Positions 58,306-64,000 of a DNA stretch of 64,000 nucleotides are shown here, one piece after another. Position numbers and translations under genes: made by a program. The notes under the pieces were generated by a model. It was not told the DNA's origin and ran no database searches. It saw only the letters and a list, made by a program, of their open reading frames with translations. Origin of the DNA: Candidatus Moraniibacteriota bacterium (GTDB taxonomy: Bacteria > Patescibacteriota > Minisyncoccia > Moranbacterales > GWC2-37-73); assembly GCA_035390125.1 (NCBI GenBank), contig DAOOTD010000001.1:241936-305935 (forward strand), in the 5' to 3' direction. The stretch's first letter is position 1, and every line of letters begins with the position of its first letter.

Positions 58306-58788
58306 TTATTTTAACAATTCATACATAGCTATCCCGGCTGCCACGGAAACATTAAGAGACTCTTTTTTCCCACGCATAGGAATGGAAACCACAGCATCAC
58401 ATTTTTTCAGAACCGATTTTGGTATACCTTCCACCTCGTTGCCCAGAATAAGTGTCGCCGGGAAAAACAGTTTAATTTTTTTTATATCTTGACTATTTTT
58501 AGTTCTTTCCAAAGCAACGATTTTTATTTTTTTCTTTTTCAATTCTTCCATGAGATTCTTCAGATTTTCATATTTTTTCCAAGCAATAGTTTTTTCTGCA
58601 CCCAAAGCTGTTTTTTCGATCATTTTATCCGCTTGTGTTTTATGCAATTTATTTTTATCCGGCGGACAAGGTGTATAGCCAGTCAAATAAATCTGGCTGA
58701 CCCCTGCCCCATCAGCAGTACGAAAAATAGCGCCTACATTATAAGCACTGCGTATGTCATGCAATATCAGAAAGAGTTTTTTCCGCAT
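58306..58788 (-). CDS. SpoU/TrmH-family RNA 2'-O-methyltransferase
   Basis: DIRSAYNVGAIFRTADGAG...LILGNEVEGIP...SLNVSVAAGIAMYE. Confidence 0.8.
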   Translation of the reverse strand: MRKKLFLILHDIRSAYNVGAIFRTADGAGVSQIYLTGYTPCPPDKNKLHKTQADKMIEKTALGAEKTIAWKKYENLKNLMEELKKKKIKIVALERTKNSQDIKKIKLFFPATLILGNEVEGIPKSVLKKCDAVVSIPMRGKKESLNVSVAAGIAMYELLK

Positions 58789-58790
58789 AT

Positions 58791-59981
58791 TTATTTCTTT
58801 GCAGATAAAATTTTATTAATGGCATCCTCATCTTTGCACTTATAGGCATTATCCGGAGAATAAAACCTTTTTTTTGGTCCATAGCAACCACCATTAGTTT
58901 TATCTAACACACCAAAAAATGGCATTAAAAAACCCATATTTTGTGAATTAAACTTATTATATAAATTTTGCAAAGTTTCGGCTCTTTTTTCCTTGGTCAT
59001 TCTGGCAAAAATATCCAAATCATCCGAAATTATTCCAGACCAATCAAGATGCAATAAAACATTTTTAGCTTTACTGGCAAAATTTTCATGCCACAAAAGC
59101 GCCCAGCAACTCCCTCTTCTAGAAAGACATGGACCGTCTTCAATATTGCCGTCAGAATCAATTCCTACGCCACCCTCGATATAATCGAAGAGTTTAAGAT
59201 AATTAGGATCAGTTATGCTTCCAGTTTGTGCTCCGATAACAACATTAACCCCCTTTTTCTTAGCATAATCACGAATATCTTTTATTATTTTAGGGGCATA
59301 ATCCTTGTCTCCACTTTCCTGCATATATATCTGTCCGAAAGTAAAGCTTTGCACGCCCAGATCTATAGCTTTATGTGTTATATATTCAATATAATCACGA
59401 TATTCTTTACTGGCAAAATTAGGCTTGCAGGTATGTTCACCCCAGGTATTTTCACTACCATCCCTGCACATCGCTTTAAAATCAAATTCCCTGCCTATTT
59501 CATTTTTAAAATATTCATCACGATAATCAATAGCTTCTGCAATAAACATTCCGTAAACCACATCCTTTTTTGTAATCTGGCTCATAACATAATCAACAGT
59601 AGTAAAATCCGGTGGCGTCAGCCAGGTTTCAATAGCTCTGTGCAGATAATAACAATTGGAACGGTTTATAAGTTCAATAAATTTTTCGTTCTCAGGATTA
59701 TATTCCGAAAGAAGCCCATCCGCCACACATCCTTGTTTTTTCAGACGTTCCATATCTACCGGCTTGGGCTTTGGACGATGGATAACTATAGGATTTTCGA
59801 TTATTTTAGATTTTCTGGCTGTTTCTTCTTCAGCAGCTTTTTCTTCCGCAACAATTCTAGCCGCCGCTTCTTCCGCTTCTTTTTTTATTTTATTTTCACG
59901 CACAAAGAAAAAAATAACGGCTGTAAAAACAACAACCACTAGTAAAGATGACAAAAATATTTTTTTCATCCCGTCAGACAT
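58791..59981 (-). CDS. membrane-anchored hypothetical extracytoplasmic protein (396 aa)
   Basis: N-terminal TM, Ala/Glu-rich linker, then a Cys-containing globular domain. Unknown family. Confidence 0.4.
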   Translation of the reverse strand: MSDGMKKIFLSSLLVVVVFTAVIFFFVRENKIKKEAEEAAARIVAEEKAAEEETARKSKIIENPIVIHRPKPKPVDMERLKKQGCVADGLLSEYNPENEKFIELINRSNCYYLHRAIETWLTPPDFTTVDYVMSQITKKDVVYGMFIAEAIDYRDEYFKNEIGREFDFKAMCRDGSENTWGEHTCKPNFASKEYRDYIEYITHKAIDLGVQSFTFGQIYMQESGDKDYAPKIIKDIRDYAKKKGVNVVIGAQTGSITDPNYLKLFDYIEGGVGIDSDGNIEDGPCLSRRGSCWALLWHENFASKAKNVLLHLDWSGIISDDLDIFARMTKEKRAETLQNLYNKFNSQNMGFLMPFFGVLDKTNGGCYGPKKRFYSPDNAYKCKDEDAINKILSAKK

Positions 59982-60253
59982 ATTTTTTATTTATATGCTT
60001 TGGATTTATTGAGAATTATGTCCTTTATGATAAACACGCTTTTGCCTGAAACTTTCATCTTTGGTTTTTTCTTTTTATCCCTTTTTTCCGCTTTTATTTT
60101 TGATTTTTTCATAAAAATCTATATATATTAATTATACAATTTTCAACTGAATTTTCTCACAATTAAATATAAAATGCAAAATAAAAAAGCACACCTTATA
60201 AAAACCAAGGCATGCTTATCTTTTTTAAAATAATAATATTTTTTCCAAAAATT

Positions 60254-60634
60254 TTAAAGCCCGGCTTTCGTGTCAGACATCTCTGTTTCACTGAAATCAG
60301 TAGAACTCATCGAACCAATTTGATTATCTAACTGCTCTAATTCATAGTCAAAATCAACAGGAAGCTGAGATATTGAAACGGGTTTTTCTGTTTCTGCCTG
60401 CACATTTTGGTTTGTTGTTGGCGCCTCCGGCAAAGATTTTGAAGTATTGTTTTCGGACTGTGTTATTTTCTCTTCTGTCACAACATTCTGAACTTTAGCA
60501 TTTTTTTCTCCCATAAAATAAGAAACTATTGCAATCAAAATCACAACTATAGTGACTAGTATGCTGATAACAACAAATGGCCATTTTTGCTTTGATGTTT
60601 TAGGAAAATTTTGATTTATTGGTCTTATGTCCAT
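60254..60634 (-). CDS. hypothetical bitopic membrane protein (126 aa)
   Basis: One TM. Acidic tail. Confidence 0.35.
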   Translation of the reverse strand: MDIRPINQNFPKTSKQKWPFVVISILVTIVVILIAIVSYFMGEKNAKVQNVVTEEKITQSENNTSKSLPEAPTTNQNVQAETEKPVSISQLPVDFDYELEQLDNQIGSMSSTDFSETEMSDTKAGL

Positions 60635-60655
60635 AAAATTTTATTTTTCAATTAA

Positions 60656-61231
60656 TTAATTTGATTGCTTTTGATTCTTTATTTCCAGTATATCCTGCTT
60701 GATGACATTTTTTATATAATTGCGAATTTCGTCATCGCCACTTTTGATATTTTTTAAAAGCGTCCTGGCCTCTACTAATTTTACTTTTACTTCAGAATTA
60801 GTATGATCACAGGCATAATTTTTTATTTCATTCAACTTATTCAAAAAAGCCGTATAATCACTTTTGAGCTTGCTGATTTTATTGTTAAGTGTTGAAACAT
60901 CAGATTTAATATCAGTTAAATCATATCCAAGAGCTTCTAATTTAGTTATCATTTTATCTAAACGCGACTTTATGTTTTCATAGGCAGGTATATGAAAATT
61001 TCTTCTTTCTTCGAATGTATTGATTCTATTTTCTATTGCTTTAGTGATTTTATCACATCTGGCCTGTGTAAGCGTGGAGTTCGAAATCTGACTACCTAAA
61101 TTTTGAGAAATTCCTAGTGGATTTAAAGTAACTGCATGCGCTATTGAAAACGACGCTAAACCAGCAAAAAAAATGACCGCTAATAATATCTTTTTCATAA
61201 GCTTATTTTTAAATAAATTATACATTTTCAT
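60656..61231 (-). CDS. secreted coiled-coil hypothetical protein
   Basis: Signal-peptide-like N-terminus MKKILLAVIFFAGLASFSIAHA. Confidence 0.4.
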   Translation of the reverse strand: MKMYNLFKNKLMKKILLAVIFFAGLASFSIAHAVTLNPLGISQNLGSQISNSTLTQARCDKITKAIENRINTFEERRNFHIPAYENIKSRLDKMITKLEALGYDLTDIKSDVSTLNNKISKLKSDYTAFLNKLNEIKNYACDHTNSEVKVKLVEARTLLKNIKSGDDEIRNYIKNVIKQDILEIKNQKQSN

Positions 61232-61304
61232 TATACAATATAAATAATAAATTGGCTATAAATGATTTTTTCGTAAATAAAAAAACACTTCACTGAGCGT
61301 TTTT

Positions 61305-61378
61305 TGGCACGGGATAGAGGAATCGAACCTCTGCCAACGGTTTTGGAGACCGCCGTACTACCACTATACGAATCCCGC
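61305..61378 (-). tRNA. tRNA-Trp (anticodon CCA), CCA encoded
   Basis: GCGGGATTCGTATAGTGGTAGTACGGCGGTCTCCAAAACCGTTGGCAGAGGTTCGATTCCTCTATCCCGTGCCA. Confidence 0.7.
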
Positions 61379-61400
61379 ATTGTCACTTTTACATGACAGG

Positions 61401-61565
61401 TTATTTCATTTCCTTGTGCAGTGTATGTTTTTTACAAAATTTACAATACTTATTCATTTCTAACTTCTCTTTGATCTTCTTCTTGTTGCGTGAAGTATAA
61501 TATGTAATTCTTTTGCATTCGCTGCATTTCATCTTTACCAAATTTTCCTTAGTTTTTGTTGCCAT
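61401..61565 (-). CDS. rpmG: 50S ribosomal protein L33
   Basis: Translation is MATKTKENLVKMKCSECKRITYYTSRNKKKIKEKLEMNKYCKFCKKHTLHKEMK (CxxC...CxxC zinc ribbon). Below the ORF-track cutoff. Confidence 0.8.
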   Translation of the reverse strand: MATKTKENLVKMKCSECKRITYYTSRNKKKIKEKLEMNKYCKFCKKHTLHKEMK

Positions 61566-61611
61566 AAAATTTTTATATATATAAAAAAAATTAAAAAATT
61601 ATAAATTTCTG

Positions 61612-61683
61612 AGCCCAGAGGGAGAATCGAACTCCCGACATCATCCTTACCATGGATGCGTTCCGCCACTGAACTATCTGGGC
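61612..61683 (-). tRNA. tRNA-Thr (anticodon GGU)
   Basis: GCCCAGATAGTTCAGTGGCGGAACGCATCCATGGTAAGGATGATGTCGGGAGTTCGATTCTCCCTCTGGGCT. Confidence 0.75.
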
Positions 61684-61711
61684 GTCCATGGCTTTTTATT
61701 TTTCATTTTGA

Positions 61712-61798
61712 TGGTGGGCAGTGAGGGATTCGAACCCCCGAAGGTACAAGACCGGCTGATTTACAGTCAGCTGCGATTGACCACTCCGCCAACTACCC
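61712..61798 (-). tRNA. tRNA-Tyr (anticodon GUA), long variable arm, CCA encoded
   Basis: GGGTAGTTGGCGGAGTGGTCAATCGCAGCTGACTGTAAATCAGCCGGTCTTGTACCTTCGGGGGTTCGAATCCCTCACTGCCCACCA. Confidence 0.7.
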
Positions 61799-61828
61799 TT
61801 TTTATATAAAGATTTTTCTATCTTTATG

Positions 61829-61900
61829 AGCCGACTAAGGGATTCGAACCCATAACCTACTGTTTACAAAACAGTTGCTCTACCATTGAGCTAAGTCGGC
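61829..61900 (-). tRNA. tRNA-Thr (anticodon UGU)
   Basis: GCCGACTTAGCTCAATGGTAGAGCAACTGTTTTGTAAACAGTAGGTTATGGGTTCGAATCCCTTAGTCGGCT, with one T-stem mismatch. Confidence 0.65.
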
Positions 61901-61905
61901 AATTA

Positions 61906-62559
61906 TTACATTATTATCATTTTTTCAATCTTACGGATTCTAATTTTTGCTTTATAATGAGACGGGCTCAGCATCAGAACTTGTTTGAAACATTCATGCG
62001 AATCGCGAAAATTCTTACTTTCCAAATAATAATCACCCAATCTTTCATATGCTTCAATATCACGAGGATTTATTGCAATCCTTTTTATAAGAGCTTCTTC
62101 TAATTTGCTTTTCTCCTTATTTTCCATCTGCGGATTAGTTACAGCTTCACGAATTAAGGGACGAATAGGCTTCTCGTCTTGAATATTTTTGGGAAGTTTT
62201 TCTTGAATAATATTCTCCTTACTTTTGTCATTTTCTTTTATATCTTGTGATTTTTCTGTTTCCTGCTGTTCAATAATTTTGCGTTGCCTTTTCTCGTGTA
62301 TGGAATGAAACCAGCTGTTACTTATATTATGGAATTTTAACGATAATAACTTGAATTTATGCATAAGTCTTTCTAAAATTTTCAGCATAAATTGTCCAAC
62401 TGCAGAAATAACCATAGAAATTTTTCTCTTTGGTTTTTTTTCTCCTTCCTCTTTGGAATTTTCTTGAGCTGGAATCTGTTGGGCTTTACGGGAAAAAAAT
62501 ATTACAAGCACTGAAAGACTTATAATAATTACAATTGGTGGTATTATATAATTCAACAT
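61906..62559 (-). CDS. hypothetical membrane-anchored protein with a C-terminal TPR-like motif
   Basis: N-terminal TM. The C-terminus reads AYERLGDYYLESKNFRDSHECFKQVLMLSP. Confidence 0.35.
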   Translation of the reverse strand: MLNYIIPPIVIIISLSVLVIFFSRKAQQIPAQENSKEEGEKKPKRKISMVISAVGQFMLKILERLMHKFKLLSLKFHNISNSWFHSIHEKRQRKIIEQQETEKSQDIKENDKSKENIIQEKLPKNIQDEKPIRPLIREAVTNPQMENKEKSKLEEALIKRIAINPRDIEAYERLGDYYLESKNFRDSHECFKQVLMLSPSHYKAKIRIRKIEKMIIM

Positions 62560-62604
62560 ATTAATTAAAAATTAAGATTCAATTTATTCATTCAAAAATA
62601 TTTC

Positions 62605-63381
62605 TCACTTTAATCCATCCTTTTTAACAACTGAAATTCCACCATCTTCCATTTTTATCTTAATATCTCCTGTTAGTACATTAAATTCCATAACTTCACC
62701 TTTGCCCTCTTTAACTGATATTTTGCTATGTATCTCAGGAAAACCTTCAAGCATTTGTTGGTATTGAGCAGCTTCATAAGAAAGACAGCACATTAATCTT
62801 CCACAAACTCCCGATATTCTTTCACTTCCACGATGGGCTACCTGTTGAATTCTGGCCATATCTATTGATATGCTTGGTAAATTACCGGAAAATCTTAAGC
62901 AACATAAATCACGTCCGCAAACTCCGCATCCGCCTAATTTTCTAGCTTCATCCCTTGATCCAACTTGATGTAAGCGTACACTGCGATGGAATATTTTAGA
63001 GAGATTTTTAACCAATTCACGAAAATCTATCCTTTCATCAGCTGTAAAAAGTACAATTGCGTTGCTTCCATCTAAACTTATATGAACGTCTACTAGCTTC
63101 ATATTCAGACCCAGACGTTTTATTTCACTCTTGCTTAAATTTGCAATTTCATCTTTCTTTTCCTTATTTTTTGCGTATGTGCTAAGATCCCGTTCTGTTG
63201 CTTTTCTTAATATTGTTGTTCTTTTTTCTTCTAAAATATTACCTTCTTCTGGTTCAATGAGACCGATTTCATTACATGATTCCTCTTTAACTACTACCAA
63301 ATCTCCGTCTTGTAGCTCTAAATCGCTATTGCATTGGCGGGCAGGTTCCCAACTATACACACGAACTGAATATGTATACAT
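62605..63381 (-). CDS. ricT: PSP1 C-terminal domain protein (RicT/YaaT-like)
   Basis: GGCGVCGRDLCCL and GVCGRLMCCL cysteine motifs, characteristic of PSP1/YaaT. Confidence 0.55.
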   Translation of the reverse strand: MYTYSVRVYSWEPARQCNSDLELQDGDLVVVKEESCNEIGLIEPEEGNILEEKRTTILRKATERDLSTYAKNKEKKDEIANLSKSEIKRLGLNMKLVDVHISLDGSNAIVLFTADERIDFRELVKNLSKIFHRSVRLHQVGSRDEARKLGGCGVCGRDLCCLRFSGNLPSISIDMARIQQVAHRGSERISGVCGRLMCCLSYEAAQYQQMLEGFPEIHSKISVKEGKGEVMEFNVLTGDIKIKMEDGGISVVKKDGLK

Positions 63382-63424
63382 AACTTTTCAATCTTATATT
63401 GGCCTCGAAACTTTATTAAAAAGA

Positions 63425-64000
63425 TTACAATTCAAAACGGATTATTTCTCCAACCTGTATATTCTCTCCTATCTTCCCTACTTTTTCAATAATCAATTCT
63501 CCTATCGTAATATCGGGATTTTTGACGAAAGACTGTGTCAAAAGAGCTGATTCTTCACGAAATTTTTTCTCCTTGCCTACCATTATTTTTTCAATCATTT
63601 CAGGGTTTTTGCCTTCCGTTATTAATTGGGCTTTCCATATTTCTTTTTCCTTATTTATGATTTCATCAGAAACATCTTCTGGTTTAATAAATTTCGGATT
63701 CATAGCAGTAACATGCATTGCAATATCTTTGGCCAGCTGTTTAAATTCTTCATTACGGGCAACAAAATCTGTTTCACAAAGAAGCTTTACTAATGAAGCT
63801 ACACGATTATTTGAATGAACATAAGACGCAACAACACCTTCTTTAGCCTCCCTGCTAGCTTTTTTAGCAGCTTTACTTTCTCCTGATTTGCGAAGCAGTT
63901 CTATAACCTTTTCCTCATCCATACCAACCTCATCAATAGCTTTTTTTATTGCAACCACGCCTGCTCCAGTACGCTCTCTGATTTTTTTGATAAGATCCAA
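63425..64000 (-). CDS. tsf: translation elongation factor Ts (start at or just beyond the window end)
   Basis: IKKIRERTGAGVVAIKKAI (UBA-like N-terminus); CETDFVARN. Confidence 0.8.
   Translation of the reverse strand: MDLIKKIRERTGAGVVAIKKAIDEVGMDEEKVIELLRKSGESKAAKKASREAKEGVVASYVHSNNRVASLVKLLCETDFVARNEEFKQLAKDIAMHVTAMNPKFIKPEDVSDEIINKEKEIWKAQLITEGKNPEMIEKIMVGKEKKFREESALLTQSFVKNPDITIGELIIEKVGKIGENIQVGEIIRFEL

Noticed and set aside
59088-59942. 284-aa plus-strand ORF
   Set aside because: Fully antisense to the better-supported 396-aa minus-strand gene. The composition (I/F/N/K-rich, no motifs) is typical of AT-rich antisense frames.
1-64000. CRISPR arrays, transposases, integrases, restriction-modification or toxin-antitoxin pairs
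   Set aside because: I looked for short regularly spaced direct repeats and for DDE/recombinase motifs and found none. The only notable repeats are the 40-nt pair at 22.1/22.6 kb and the intragenic protein repeats.

Overview
This is an AT-rich bacterial chromosomal window, roughly 30-35% GC by eye outside one island, and almost every gene lies on the minus strand. The gene content suggests a small-genome, anaerobic, cell-wall-bearing bacterium, but that is inference only. Recognisable gene clusters (chiefly cell-wall synthesis and cell-shape genes): a split dcw cell-wall cluster, with murG-ftsW next to trmD at the left edge and mraZ-rsmH-ftsL-ftsI-murF at 22.8-27.9 kb; mreBCD-mrdA with mltG; pcm, yjbQ, trxB/trxA, uppS and a polyprenyl synthase; a four-subunit pyruvate:ferredoxin oxidoreductase operon (porGDAB); a macAB-like ABC efflux set; ftsEX; and glyQS, pdaD, rnhA and tsf. 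Seven tRNAs (Glu, Gln, Thr x3, Trp, Tyr) plus one tRNA-like remnant were found by hand. An RNase P RNA (rnpB) lies at 5436-5800 underneath a spurious ORF. A ribosomal protein L33 gene sits between the tRNAs. A 41-aa desulforedoxin-like gene is below the ORF-track size cutoff. prfB carries the classical programmed +1 frameshift (CTT TGA C), so its true start is upstream of the tracked ORF. The most unusual region is a visibly GC-richer island of about 6 kb (16.1-22.1 kb) next to tRNA-Glu. It carries a flotillin/NfeD pair, a protein built of about ten previously unfamiliar 34-35-aa acidic cysteine-containing repeats, and several unknown proteins, one of them secreted. A 40-nt hairpin direct repeat flanks a small ORF at the island's tRNA-proximal end. 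A second accessory-looking region (28.3-39.9 kb) is a cell-envelope glycosylation locus. It contains two GT4 enzymes, a GT-C membrane transferase, a frameshifted CARDB surface protein, and a membrane-anchored double-AAA+ Clp-like ATPase. No CRISPR array, transposase or integrase was seen. Nothing was computed; all calls are by eye and may be off by a few bases.
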